A stretch of DNA of 64,000 bases, taken from NCBI GenBank assembly GCA_035193785.1, contig CP136572.1, positions 1,152,001-1,216,000 of the forward strand. The letters are read 5' to 3'. This document shows, one piece after another, positions 23,248-35,760 of this stretch; positions within the stretch are counted from its first letter, which is position 1, and each line of letters opens with the position of its first letter. A program made the position numbers and the translations under genes. The DNA comes from Planktothrix sp. GU0601_MAG3 (lineage in GTDB: Bacteria > Cyanobacteriota > Cyanobacteriia > Cyanobacteriales > Microcoleaceae). Under the pieces are notes generated by a model. The model saw only the letters and a list, made by a program, of their open reading frames with translations. It was not told where the DNA came from and ran no database searches.

Positions 23248-23675
23248 ATTTGTTACCTCATGTCCTATTCGCTTAAATCTTATATGAAAAAACCTGTATC
23301 AGCCTGAATATAGGCAAGTTTTTTAACAAATTCTTCACTCCGTTGAATCTCAAGAGACATGGGCTATATCCTCTCAGTCGTTCTTAATCCAGTATAGCGC
23401 GATGGGTTCTGCCCAGCCGAAGGCGATCACATAGCTACCGACCCAAACATCATACTTTTCTAAAAATAGCGATCGCTCTTGACCAAACTCAAAACCTAAT
23501 CGGTTATACTGGGTTTGTGTTTGAATTTGTACCCTAGAAATAGGTAGGATAAAAATTATGACAACAACGATTCAAGTTAATATTTAATTTGATAACTATT
23601 AAAAGTTTAGAAGAATAATGATAGGAAGAATTTTATCAAGATTTTATTCTGGATATTAAAAAATAACATAAATCT

Positions 23676-23733
23676 GTAGGGGCGGGTTCTCCCAAATCCA
23701 GTAAACTTTACCCAGATATTAATAAACCCGCCC
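23676..23733 (+). repeat. GTAGGGGCGGGTT...AAACCCGCCC REP-like element
   Basis: Terminal GGGCGGGTT/AACCCGCCC inverted repeat with GTAG head. Confidence 0.8.
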
Positions 23734-23768
23734 GACCCAACTGTTATTATCTCTCTATCGGTGAATCT

Positions 23769-24663
23769 TTAACGCATAAATTCAGAAGCAACAATCATCG
23801 TGCCTATCCCCGAATCAGTGAAGACTTCTTGCAATAAAGCATGGGGAACACGACCATCTAAAATATGAGCCGCCCGCACACCTTGGGCTAAACTTCTGAC
23901 ACAACAATTGACTTTAGGAATCATCCCCCCGGAAACAATTCCTTGTTCAATTAATTGTCTGGCTTCCTGAATATTAACTTGGGCAATTAAGGTATCAGGA
24001 TTATGATAATCCTCTAAAATTCCGGCCGTATCGGTTAACAGAATTAACTTTTCAGCACCCAACGCGGCTGCAATTTCCCCAGCGACCGTATCCGCATTCA
24101 TATTATAAGCCTGTCCATCCTCATCCGTTGCCACACTAGAAACTACGGGAATATAACCACTACTGACCAAAGACTCCAAAAGTTTAGTATTCACACTACT
24201 GACTTCTCCCACAAAGCCGATATCCGCCTGACCTTCAGGACGAGCTTTAATTAAGTTGGCATCCTTACCACATAGGCCAACGGCTTCCCCTCCAGCCTGG
24301 TTAATCAAAGAGACAATTTCCTTATTCACCCGACCCACTAACACCATTTCCACCACATCCATCGTTGCTGCATCGGTAACTCGCAACCCATTTTTAAATT
24401 GAGGTTTCAATTCCCAATTTAATCAACCAACTATTAATTTCTGGGCCACCGCCATGAACCACCACCACCCGAATTCCGACAAAAGATAGTAAAACAATAT
24501 CCTGCATCACCTTATCTTTGAGGCTACTGTCTTTCATCGCGGCCCCCCCATATTTTACGACAATCGTGCGATTAGAAAACTTTTGAATATAGGGGAGAGC
24601 TTCATTCAGAATTTTAGCGCGAACTGCTGTATCTGTTTGGTCAAAATCGCTATGTTTAAGCAT
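23769..24663 (-). CDS. argB: Acetylglutamate kinase; frameshift at 24404-24408
   Basis: [38 protein letters not shown]. Confidence 0.96.
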
Positions 24664-24742
24664 ATAAGTTTCGGTGAGAGTGTGTAGAAGCGAGTTCCGT
24701 GAGATCTTTGTGAACTAACCCAAGTCTCCACCAAACCCGCCC

Positions 24743-25282
24743 CTAAGATTTTAGTTGATTTGAGGTTTCCAGAAATGCCCACCAGCGATTAAGCGGCAGA
24801 TAGATGACAGGAGTCCACAAACTACTCAAAATTGCTGTGGACAGTGCTGCCCGTTGTTGATATCGGAATAATTCATCTAAAGCCGAATAGCTAAAACTGT
24901 TCAATTGAAAACCTCGGATAGCTTCCACTAAAATCGCCATCCCAAAAACCATCACAGCAACGGAAATAAAATCCTCTTGAATTTTTTTAATAATTCGTTT
25001 ATAAATCACTACGGTTAAAACACTAACAATCACCAAGGAAAGAATATGGGAAGGAGAAGAAACTGTTAATCCATCTAAAATCAACCCACAGCATAAACCC
25101 CCGACTATAGCCTGTAAAAAAGAGCGTTTAATACTCCAAGTCACCAGCCAAATTAATACCCAATTCGGGGTAATTCCAAACAGTTCCAACCCGGGAATCC
25201 GAAGCAAAGATAACCAAATACAAACCATTAAAGAAATAATGGTAATCATCAAATTTAAAACTTGATAAGGCTTAAAAAACAT
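24743..25282 (-). CDS. mreD: Rod shape-determining protein MreD
   Basis: Hydrophobic, PNWVLIWLVTWS, GLILDGL; follows mreC. Confidence 0.88.
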   Translation of the reverse strand: MFFKPYQVLNLMITIISLMVCIWLSLLRIPGLELFGITPNWVLIWLVTWSIKRSFLQAIVGGLCCGLILDGLTVSSPSHILSLVIVSVLTVVIYKRIIKKIQEDFISVAVMVFGMAILVEAIRGFQLNSFSYSALDELFRYQQRAALSTAILSSLWTPVIYLPLNRWWAFLETSNQLKS

Positions 25283-25317
25283 AATTAATCAGTTATCAGT
25301 AATCAGTGTAAGAGCAA

Positions 25318-26091
25318 TTAATTATCAACTACTGATTTTTGATTCGGATAAATAATCACCCATTCCAGAGAAGAAATAGAGGCAAAAAACTCAACAACTG
25401 CTTCGGGAGATGGGGCTTTATTCATATCTACAGAAACAACTCTACCAATGGGCAAACCTTCAGGGACAAGCTGGCTATAACTAGAAGTAACAACCACATC
25501 CCCCACCTTGACTTTAGGATCACTTTCAAAAAATTCCATGATCCCTTGTTCGGTCGAATTTCCCTTGAGAAATCCCATATTGCGACTGCGACTAATTGTT
25601 ACCCCAATGCGACTGCTCGGATCACTCAAAAGCATCACTTTACTGGTACTGGGTGTCACACTAATCACCCTTCCAATTAATCCACCGGGGCCCACCACTA
25701 AATCCTGATTCCGAACCCCCTGCTGACTCCCACGACCAATAATAATTTGTTTCCACCAGAAATCGGCACCGCGACCAATCACAGGGGCGACAATTCCCTT
25801 ACCCTGTTTTTTAGCAGAAACATAATTCAAAATATCCTGAAGCTTTTGATTTTGGTTTTTCAGTTCTTGAATTTGAGCTTCTAACTGATTAATTCGAGGA
25901 TCAATTTGTCGAACAATTTTTTCCTGTTCCGTTATGGTTGATGCCGATAAATGAAACGGACGAGTCACCCAATAGTACATTTCATATAAAGCAGCCCCTT
26001 GAGTTTGTCGCACTAACAAAGCCGTTAAAATTGCCAAACCCAGTAAAAAAAATTGATTCCGACTGCGACTCCACCAACTGCGTGTTTGCAT
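25318..26091 (-). CDS. mreC: Rod shape-determining protein MreC
   Basis: TM plus coiled coil, GRGSQQGV, GLIGRV, GDVVVTS, PEGLPIGRV. Confidence 0.93.
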   Translation of the reverse strand: MQTRSWWSRSRNQFFLLGLAILTALLVRQTQGAALYEMYYWVTRPFHLSASTITEQEKIVRQIDPRINQLEAQIQELKNQNQKLQDILNYVSAKKQGKGIVAPVIGRGADFWWKQIIIGRGSQQGVRNQDLVVGPGGLIGRVISVTPSTSKVMLLSDPSSRIGVTISRSRNMGFLKGNSTEQGIMEFFESDPKVKVGDVVVTSSYSQLVPEGLPIGRVVSVDMNKAPSPEAVVEFFASISSLEWVIIYPNQKSVVDN

Positions 26092-26182
26092 ACCGATTAA
26101 AATTAACGGTGAAAATAATTGATAATTGATAATTATTTTTTTCAGAGTCAATTATCAATTACCAATTATCGATTATCAATTG

Positions 26183-27223
26183 TTACAGATTTCTGGAACC
26201 CCCAGTAAAAACCCGTTCCAACTGTTTGAAATTTTCTAATACCCGACCTGTACCCAACACCACACAACACAGGGGGTCAGCCGCAATATGGGTAATAATT
26301 CCGGTTTCGTGGCTAATTAAGGCATCAATGCCCTTGAGTAAGGCTCCTCCACCCGCCAACATAATACCCCGGTCAATGATATCCGCCGCCAATTCTGGGG
26401 GAGTACGTTCTAAAGTGCGTTTGACCGAATCAATAATAACTGATAAAGGTTCAGCCATACTTTCGCGCACTTCCGGGGATTTAATGGTTACGGTACGAGG
26501 CAAACCTGATAATAAATGAATCCCTCGCACCTCCATAATCATTTCATCATCGGCGGCGGGGTTGGGATAGGCGGAACCCATCCTAATTTTAATATCTTCA
26601 GCCGTTTGTTCTCCAATCACTAAGTTATGAACTTTTTTCATATACAAAATGATGGCATCGTTGAGTTCATCTCCCGCCACCCGCACAGACTCGCTCAAAA
26701 CCGTTCCCTGTAAACTCAAAACGGCGACTTCCGTTGTTCCGCCCCCAATATCCACAATCATATTTCCCGTCGCTTCAGAAACGGGTAAACCCGCACCAAT
26801 GGCCGCGGCCACCGGTTCATCAATTAGTCGGACGTCCCGCGCCCCCGCCTGAGAAGCCGCTTCAATCACCGCCCGGCGTTCTACTCCGGTGACTCCACTG
26901 GGAATCCCAATCACAATTCGAGGCGCGATTAGGGTTTTACCCTCATTCACCCGCCGAATAAAATGTTTGAGCATTTGTTCGGCTGCATCAAAGTCCGCAA
27001 TTACCCCATCCCGCAGGGGTCTTACCACCACTACATTTTCTGGAGTGCGGCCTAACATTTTTTTGGCTTCCTCTCCCACCGCCAACGGGACTTTTTCTAG
27101 TTTGTCAATGGCAACCACCGAGGGTTCTTGTAGTACAATGCCCTTACCCGATACATAAATCAATGTGTTAGCAGTTCCTAGGTCAATGCCCATGTCCTGC
27201 GAAAAACGACTAAAAAGACCCAC
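26183..27223 (-). CDS. mreB: Rod shape-determining protein MreB
   Basis: GIDLGTANT, VDIGGGTTEVA, LAGGGALL; GTG start at 27223. Confidence 0.97.
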   Translation of the reverse strand: MGLFSRFSQDMGIDLGTANTLIYVSGKGIVLQEPSVVAIDKLEKVPLAVGEEAKKMLGRTPENVVVVRPLRDGVIADFDAAEQMLKHFIRRVNEGKTLIAPRIVIGIPSGVTGVERRAVIEAASQAGARDVRLIDEPVAAAIGAGLPVSEATGNMIVDIGGGTTEVAVLSLQGTVLSESVRVAGDELNDAIILYMKKVHNLVIGEQTAEDIKIRMGSAYPNPAADDEMIMEVRGIHLLSGLPRTVTIKSPEVRESMAEPLSVIIDSVKRTLERTPPELAADIIDRGIMLAGGGALLKGIDALISHETGIITHIAADPLCCVVLGTGRVLENFKQLERVFTGGSRNL

Positions 27224-27427
27224 TATTCTTTCCCTATAAAAAATTAACAGCAATCCTTTCGGAGTATCCGTAAGGGCGACCAACCGATGAGAATTGTATT
27301 ATGTTTTGGGTTGTGCGTCCAGTCATCACTATTTCAGAATGCTGAGAACTGCAACCCCAAATTATTCAGTATCGGTTTCCGGGATCATACTTTTAGTTCG
27401 TCGGGTAGAAGACCGGATCAGGGTTAA

Positions 27428-27522
27428 GCTGTACTGCATCTATGAATTGCGATCGGGAAATTGCCCGGTTCTTGTGGGAGTGGGGACACTCCCTAGAATA
27501 TAACGTTTAAATGCAGTACGGC
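27428..27522. mobile_element. Possible ~95-bp MITE
   Basis: Terminal IR GCTGTACTGCAT / ATGCAGTACGGC (11/12); no clear TSD. Confidence 0.4.
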
Positions 27523-27525
27523 GAA

Positions 27526-28642
27526 TCAACCAATACCTTCAATAATCGGATGGAAGTAAAACGCAATACCCAAAACCGTATAAGCAGCCAAGAGTAAAAC
27601 CCCCTCCAACCAATCGGAAACGGCCATCGGAACTTACGGAGTTAGCAATTAACACAGACACAGCAACGGCGATTAATTCAAAGGGGTTAAAATTCAAATC
27701 CATCGGTTTGCCTAATATCCATCCGGTTAGGACTAATGCGGGGGCTACAAATAAAGCAATTTGTAAACTCGAACCTAAAGCGACGGATACGGATAAGTCC
27801 ATTTTATTTTTCATCGCTACGGTAACGGCGGTGGCGTGTTCGGCGGCATTCCCAATAATCGGAACTAAAATCACCCCGGTAAATAGTGCCGTCAGTCCTA
27901 GGCTGGAGGTCGCTTCTTCCAGGGTATCAACTAATAGTTCGGACTCGAAGGCGACTGTAATTGTAGCCAAAAACAAAACCCCAATCCACAGTTTCAAATT
28001 CACCTTTTCTGCCTCATGTCCGGCTTCTTCTTGGGTGATTTCGCCGTCTTCATCGTTTTCCGCCACTCCCACGTCATATAAGTAGGAGTGGGTTTTCATG
28101 GAAAATAGCAGGGTAAGAATATATACCGTAATTAAAACTACCGCCACCGCCGCGGACAGGGTTTGCATAACGGATGCTTCAATCCCAATGGAGGTAACAT
28201 CTACTGCCGTTGGCACTAAAATGGCAATTACGGCTAAATTCATGGCGGAGGAATTCAAACGGGCAACCACGGGCTGGAATTTTTGCTCTTTGAAGCGTAA
28301 ACCTCCTAAGAACATGGATAAACCCATGACTAGGAGTAGGTTTCCCATAATTGACCCGACTAAACTGGATTTGACCACATCAATTAGTCCAGCATTGAGG
28401 GCGACAATTCCAATAATTAATTCCGTCGCATTCCCAAAGGTGGCATTTAACAACCCCCCTAAATTGGGGCCCAGGACGACGGCGATTTCTTCGGTCGCAG
28501 TTCCCATCCAACCTGCTAGGGGAATAATCGCTAGGGCGGAGGTGACAAAAACCATGGTTGATCCCCACTCCAAAAAGTGACCGGCGATCGAAATCGGCAC
28601 AAAAATTAACAGGGACGAGAGTATGGTTTTGGTATTCAACAT
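27526..28642 (-). CDS. cax: Ca2+/H+ exchanger (CAX); frameshift at 27617-27621
   Basis: [13 protein letters not shown] and GNAAEH alpha-repeats; corrected C-terminus DGRSDWLEG. Confidence 0.93.
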
Positions 28643-28905
28643 TTCAGTAATCAGTTATTAGTAATCCGTTATCAGTTGTTGGGACGGGTTCATTGAGATT
28701 GAGGTGATTAACCTAGAGCTAACACCCACCCGCATCCATTATCAGTAATCAGTAATCAGTTATTAGCGGTAGAATTTATCATAGAACCTCTTGGCATGAC
28801 AAGACTAGATAAACAAATATTAATTTTTGGAAATGGACTTGCTAGAGCTTATAATTGGAATTACCATCTTTAACAACTGTAAACGGCTAATATTTAACCT
28901 TTAAA

Positions 28906-30369
28906 ATGAACTTTTTTAATAAATTATTGACTGCAATTGAGCAACAAAATAGCTTGCTTTATGTTGCCTTGGAACCCGATCCCGATAGCCATATTTTTGA
29001 AATTGGAAATTGTGGGGGAATTGATGGCGATCGCGTTGATATTATTGAACAATGGCAGGAATGGTTGGGTTTTATTATTCGGGAAACTTCGGAATTTGTC
29101 TGTGCCTATAAACTCTCTTTAGGGTTTTATTTGGGATTGGGGATTCCCGGGTTAAAACTATTAGAAAAAACATTAAAATTGATTCCGCCCCATCTTCCTA
29201 TTATTTTAGATGCTAAATATAGTGATTTGCCTTCGAGTACCGTTTTTGCTCGTTTTGTGTTTGAAGAATTAAAGGTTGGCGCCTGTACCTTAACTCCCTA
29301 TGCTGGATTAGATCAAGTTGCACCTTTTTTAGTTTATCCTGATAAAGCGGTTTTTATTTCCTGTGCCACGGCTAATCCTTCCGCCTCTATTATTCAAGAA
29401 TATCCTCAACCCCAACAACCTTTATATTTAGAATTAGTTAAGGTAGCTCAAACCTGGGGAACTTCCGAACAATTGGGATTATTGGTGGGGATGGTACCGG
29501 ATATGTTAGCCAAAATTCGTCAAGCCGCCCCGGAACAATTTATCTTATTAGAGGGGGATGTGGCCGAAGAAAATGATTTAATGGATGTGGAAGATTTAAC
29601 CCCAATTTTAGATGCTGGATTAAGTTTAAATGGCGATCTATTATTAATACCCATTCCCCCTAAATTATTAGAAAAAGAAACCATCAGAACTGGAATCAAA
29701 CAGTTAAGAGATCAAATTAACACGGAACGACAACAGGTAATTAGAGGAAATCCCACCTGTGATTTATGGTTGCCTGATGTTTGTTTTTTAAGACATCAAC
29801 CCCACCGAGATTTGATTTTACAATTATATGATATTGGCTGTATTATTTTTGGGGATCATGTTCAAGCATCGGGAGAAACTTTCCCCTATTATATTGACCT
29901 GAGACGGATTATTTCCACACCCCAAATTTTTCATCAAATTGTCGGAGCTTATGGAGATATTTTAGAAACCCTAAGTTTTGATCGAATTGCGGGTATCCCC
30001 TATGGTTCTTTACCAACAGCAACGGGGTTATCTTTAAGGTTACAACGTCCGATGATCTTTCCGCGAAAAGAAGTTAAAGCCTATGGGGCGGGGCGATTAA
30101 TTGAAGGGCATTTTCAACCCGGGGAAACTATTGTGGTGGTGGATGATATTTTAATTACGGGCAATAGTGTGATTCAAGGAGCCGAAAAGCTAAAATCTGC
30201 GGGATTAAAGGTTAATGATATTGTGGTTTTAATTGATCATGAACGGGGAGTTAAGGAAAAATTAAAGGTTAATAATTATCAAGCCCATGCGGTATTAACC
30301 CTTTCAGAAATAGCAGAAACCTTATATGAAGCTAACCGAATTACAGAGGAACAGTTTAACTTTTTTTAA
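28906..30369 (+). CDS. pyrFE: Bifunctional OMP decarboxylase / orotate phosphoribosyltransferase
   Basis: ILDAKYSDL in OMPdc domain; PYYIDLR, RKEVKAYG and VVVDDILITG PRPP-binding loop. Confidence 0.88.
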   Translation: MNFFNKLLTAIEQQNSLLYVALEPDPDSHIFEIGNCGGIDGDRVDIIEQWQEWLGFIIRETSEFVCAYKLSLGFYLGLGIPGLKLLEKTLKLIPPHLPIILDAKYSDLPSSTVFARFVFEELKVGACTLTPYAGLDQVAPFLVYPDKAVFISCATANPSASIIQEYPQPQQPLYLELVKVAQTWGTSEQLGLLVGMVPDMLAKIRQAAPEQFILLEGDVAEENDLMDVEDLTPILDAGLSLNGDLLLIPIPPKLLEKETIRTGIKQLRDQINTERQQVIRGNPTCDLWLPDVCFLRHQPHRDLILQLYDIGCIIFGDHVQASGETFPYYIDLRRIISTPQIFHQIVGAYGDILETLSFDRIAGIPYGSLPTATGLSLRLQRPMIFPRKEVKAYGAGRLIEGHFQPGETIVVVDDILITGNSVIQGAEKLKSAGLKVNDIVVLIDHERGVKEKLKVNNYQAHAVLTLSEIAETLYEANRITEEQFNFF

Positions 30370-30500
30370 AGGCAATAGGCATTTTTAGTTATCAGTTATC
30401 AATTATCAGCCAAGACAAAATAAAAGGGAATGGGCAGCGAGAAATGGAATAAGTCATCAATTAAGGGCTAGATATGCAGGGGCAAATTATTCTGTATTGC

Positions 30501-30893
30501 CTATCTTGACTGGAGTTGTAGAACTTGGCTCACAACTTCCGATAACTTTTGAGCGTCAAAGGGCTTAGTGAGATATTCACTCGCCCCGGCCAGACGGCCT
30601 TGAACCTTATCAAAAGCACCATCCCTTGCCGTTAACATAATAATAGGTAAATTCTGAAACTGGGGAATACTGCGAACGGTGCGACAGAGTTCTAGGCCAT
30701 CAATTCCCGGCATGGCCACATCCAGAAGTAAAACCGAAACAGCCTCATGGTAAATAGTGGATAAAGCGTCTACAGCATTATCAGCAACCAGGACACGATA
30801 TTCCTTCCCCAATGCTTGTTGGATGAGTCCCTGCATGACTCTACTATCATCAACAGCTAAAATAGTGGGTATAAAATTTTGAGATACTGACAT
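30501..30893 (-). CDS. Single-domain response regulator (CheY-like)
   Basis: AVDDS, LLDVAMPGIDG, MLT, YLTKPF. Confidence 0.92.
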   Translation of the reverse strand: MSVSQNFIPTILAVDDSRVMQGLIQQALGKEYRVLVADNAVDALSTIYHEAVSVLLLDVAMPGIDGLELCRTVRSIPQFQNLPIIMLTARDGAFDKVQGRLAGASEYLTKPFDAQKLSEVVSQVLQLQSR

Positions 30894-31564
30894 AGTAATT
30901 CATGTTCGGTGGGTCGAGATGCCCTGCTAGGAGTGGTAATCAAGCCGATGAAAAATAAGCCTATTTGCTGGATCACCAAGCCGACTATCTATTACTTTCA
31001 TTATATATCAAAATTATTCTTTCACTTTTATGTCAACAATTCTATACTTTAAGCTGGACAATTATGAAGGAAATTTAATCAGACCTGCCTTGGGTGTTTA
31101 TGATTAATCAAATAGCAAAAAATTTAATAGTTTTGAATCGGACAAATCACTCAAACGTCAGAATACCGCATCACCTGACCGATACCTTCATGGGTGTTAT
31201 TGGTTTTTCCCACGAGAAATGGCACAGAAACTATTTTTCCATCGGGGGCAAAATTTTTTATGTGGGTAAAGATTTTTTGCCTCAGCCCAGATCAAAAGTA
31301 AAAGTGGCTGCAACCTTTGTTAAGATTAAAGCAGATTAAATAGGTTGTGTGAGATCAGGACGTTTGGACAAACAATGTCATACAGCTAAGGCGAGTCAAA
31401 CAAAAGTCGGATGTCGGGTAACAGTTGGGGGGTTGAGGTGTTAAGGTGTTGGGGTGTTAGCGACTAATCCTTGACCCCTCAGTGAATACGAACATCTCAT
31501 ACCCAAAAGCTAAATGCCTGGTTGCTGACATCTAGCCACTCCCTTTGTATGGTGATTACCGATA

Positions 31565-34500
31565 ATGAACGCAAGATTTTTAGGTCAAACCATGTTCAGC
31601 CCAGAGGGCAATAATCTTTCTCAGGTCATCCATAGGTTTGCTGAAATTCCCTTTGATGATTTGACTCACTTAGCGTCCCATCTAGCCCAGACGCCAGTTG
31701 CTTTGATTACTTTTATGGATGAGCGCCATCAGTGGTTGAAGTCTCAGGTGGGTTTGACGGGAAAAATACATCCCTATTTGAATTTCTGCGAATTTATTAT
31801 TGAATTATATTTTCCAGCCGAATTGTTGACCGAGGAGCAAGACGACCGGGATAATCCTGCGAGGCTGAATGGCTCCAACTCTAACTTAAAACCATCCCCG
31901 GAACCGATTATTATTCCTGATACCTGGAATGATCAACGGTTTGCTTCTCAACCCCTAGTTAAACAAGATCCTAAGATTCGGTTTTATTTGGGTATTCCCT
32001 TAATGACCGCCGATCACTTAATGGTGGGGATGCTGTCGATCATAGATTATCAGCCCCGGGAGCTAACACCGGCAACCATTAAGGCGTTACAAGCACTCAA
32101 TAATCAAATTATTAGCCAAATCAATTTACACCGCCAACTGATTCACTCCAAAACCAAACTTAGTCAACTCGAAGATATTATTAATGAACGTAAGCAAGTC
32201 TGGGATGTCGTTCGCCAAGAAAGAGACTTTGTTTGTGCAGTTCTTGACACCGTTAGTGCTTTGGTGATTGTCCTTGATCCCGAAGGTCGAATTATTCGGT
32301 TTAATCGAACCTGTGAAACAACTGACGGGATATTCCGCCGAAGAAGTCGAAGGAAAAACCTTTGATGAGTTGGGGGTTAACCTATTACCCTTTCCTTCTA
32401 GCAGCCAACTGCTTCCGAGGGCGATCATGATTGAGTTTGACGAATCTCCTAAATCGGTAAAAACTCAACATTCCTTTCCGCCGATCCCGAATCATACGAG
32501 TTTAAATGCTTGGGAAACGGAATGGATTCAGCCTAATGGCCAGCGCCATTGGATTACTTGGTCAAATACGGCTTTGTTTCAGGCGAATGGCTTGATCAAA
32601 TATGTAATTGCTACGGGAATTGATATTACCGAACGTAGACAGTCCGAAGCCCGGATGGAATTGCTAGAAAGGGCAATTACGGCCAGTCCTAGCGGAATTG
32701 TGATTAGTGATTTTACCGCCACCGATTGTCCGATTATCTACTGTAATCCCGCTTTTGAAAGATTAACGGGCTATTCTCAGGGGGAAGTTTTAGGGCGCAA
32801 TTGTCGGATGCTTCAGGGCGAGGATACTGATCCGCAAGAATTAGCCCACCTCCGGGGTGCGATCGCTAACCATCGGGAATGTAGCGTTACCTTAAAAAAT
32901 TATCGTAAAGATGGCAATTACTTCTGGAATGAACTGTCGATTTCCCCCGTGCGCGATCGAGAAGGACGTTTAACTCATTTTATCGGCATTCAAACCGATA
33001 TTACCCAACGCAAACAGTCTGAGGATGCTTTGCGCGAAAGCGAGGCCCGTTATCGACTTTTGGCCGATCATGCGACGGATTTAATTTCTCGACATAGCAA
33101 AGATGGCACTTATTTATATGCTTCTCCAGCTAGTCAGCAATTATTGGGATATTCACCGGAGGAATTGATCGGAAAATCGATCTACGACTTGATTCATCCC
33201 GAGGATTTAGAAGGGACTCGAGCAAAATGTTCACTATTAATAAATAGTCAGGATATTTATACTGTCAGTTACCGAATTCGATGTTGTAATGGGGAATATA
33301 TCTGGTTTGAAAGTACCTGTCATGGGTTGAGAAATCAAAACTCCCAAGATATTGATGAAATTATTGCGGTTTCGCGGAATATTACGGAACGAAAAGAGGC
33401 TGAAACCCTATTATTAGAGAGATCACGGCTTTCTCAATTGGAAGCGGAAGTGGGAACAGCCCTGGGCCATGGGGGGTCGATTGCCACGATTCTCAGCCGT
33501 TGTATACAGGCGATCGCCGATTATCCTGATGTGGCCGGGGTGGGAATTTGGACGTTAAATCTGAATAGCAATCAATTAGAACTCCAAGCCAATGCCGGAT
33601 TAACCGTTCATGAACATAATATTACCGAAACCGATGTTTTAACCCGTTCGATTCCTAACTCCCTATCCCTAATGAAAAGTCGGACGTTTGATTTTCCTTT
33701 GGTGGTGGAAGGGCGTTTAGTCGGGTTAATGGCTATTTGTAGCCACTCCACCCTAAATGATGAAGCCCGGGGAGTTTTGGGCTGGGTGGCCAATGCCCTG
33801 GCCGTGGGAATTGATCGGGTGAAGGCGCGGGAAGAACTGCAAAGTCGCCGGGAAGGGTTATTATTCCGGTTGGCGAGTCAGATTCGGGATTCCCTAGATA
33901 TTGATACGATTTTGGGAACAGCCGTAAGTGAAATTCGGGCTTTATTGCAGGTGGATCAATGTCATTTCCTCTGGTATATGCACATTCAACCCAATCTCCA
34001 ACCCAGTTTTGCCGTTACCCACGAATCCCTAAATCCCGATTTATCCAATGGTTTGCAGGATTATCCCCCGGAAACAAATTCCTCTGTTAGCCGAAAAAAT
34101 TCGGATGGCCCAGACGATTAAAATTGATAATCTCCACACCACAACGGCCTTAGATGAATCGACCTGTCGGTTTTTACAAGCGACGGGGATTTTCTCCCTA
34201 TTATTATTGCCCTTGGAAACCCGATCGGGTCAACGGGGGGCGGTAGTTTGTAATCATTATGGGGGATCTCGACCCTGGCGGGACAGTGAGGTGGAGCTTT
34301 TGCGGGCGGTGGTGGATCAGTTAGCGATCGCCATTGACCAAGCGGAATTATATGCCCAAACCCGGGCGGCGGCCTTAGCAGCCCAAACCCAAGCCTTTCA
34401 TTTGAGTGAAGCGTTACAGGATTTAAAACAAAAGGAATCCCAATTAATTCAAAGTGAAAAAATGTCGAGTTTAGGACAAATGGTGGCGGGAGTTGCCCAT

Positions 34501-35289
34501 GAAATTAATAATCCGGTTAATTTTATTTATGGCAATCTTACCTATGCCAAGGAATATACTCAAGATATTTTAGAATTGTTGGAATTGTATCAAGAAATTT
34601 ATCCGGTTCCGACTCCTGCCCTTCAAGCTAAAGGTGAAGAAATTGAATTAGAATTTTTAGTCGAAGATTTACCTAAAATTCTATCTTCAATGGAAATGGG
34701 GGCCGATCGGATTCGTCAAATTGTGGTGTCTTTAAGAAATTTCTCACGGTTAGATGAAGCTGAAATGAAGCCTGTCAATATTCATGATGGTATTGATAGT
34801 ACATTATTAATTTTACAAAATCGGTTAAAACCTAAAGGGGCATCCGGTGGGATTGAGTTAATCAAGGAATATGGCAATTTACCCAAGGTTGAATGTTATG
34901 CTGGACAGTTAAATCAAGTGTTTATGAATCTGATTGGGAATGCAATTGATGCCTTAGATAATCGGCCCGAACCTCGAATTATTAAAATTACTACGGAGAT
35001 TATTCATCCAAATTTGACGGAATTTAAGGGGAAATTACCTCCTTTAGAACAGGTTAGAATTACAGTTCGAGATAACGGCTTTGGCGTTGAGGATAAGGTT
35101 AAAAATAGGCTTTTTGACCCGTTTTTTACCACAAAACCGGTGGGAAAAGGAACGGGATTAGGGTTATCTATTAGTTATAAAATTGTGGTGGAACAACATC
35201 GGGGGGAAATTCTTTGTTACCGGGATAAAGATAATTTTACGGCATTTGAAGTTTCTATTCCCATATTCCAAAAAGAACATAATCAATAA
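31565..35289 (+). CDS. Multi-sensor histidine kinase GAF-PAS-LOV-PAS-GAF-GAF-HisKA-HATPase; frameshifts at 32315-32319 and 34071-34075
   Basis: LOV GRNCRMLQG/NYRKDG/WNEL/GIQ; H-box VAHEINNP; QVFMNLIGNAIDA; FFTTKPVGKGTGLGL. Confidence 0.88.
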
Positions 35290-35760
35290 TCACTGGAATT
35301 GCGATCGCTTTTTCTCGGTAGTTGGTCAAGAGTTAAGTTAAGGGTGGAGATAATTCTACAATTATTGGCTTGATATTCAGGGTTAAATCCTTGATAGGGA
35401 CTGGCCGTTTGGATCACTTTGCTTATTTTTTGGTATATAGCGCTACGCATTACGGTTAGGACAATTCTAAATCCAGCAAACTCATTGACTGTTTACTGTT
35501 TTGGTGTTCCGGTGTTCCGGTGTTCGGGTTTTCCAAAACTATAGTATCCTAACTATTGTATTTGTCTTCAGACCTTCAGACAAAGATATGAGTACAAACG
35601 GCGATGGGTTTAGTTGATGTTTGTATTGACGATTCAAAATAAGCAACCTATAGTTTATAGATCATAAACCCATATTTTGGGATTGATTTTGTCGAGTGAA
35701 GGTTTGTAATACATATCTTGAGATAACTGCGTTAGGTTTCGATCAAATAGGAGTGATTTT

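Noticed and set aside
31094..31339. 81-aa ORF between the regulator and the kinase
   Set aside because: No motif or SD; probably spurious in a regulatory gap.
35437..35560. Possible MITE (TATAGCGCTACGC...GGTTAGGA / TCCTAAC) with GGTGTTCC repeats
   Set aside because: Ends too degenerate and no TSD, so boundaries cannot be supported.
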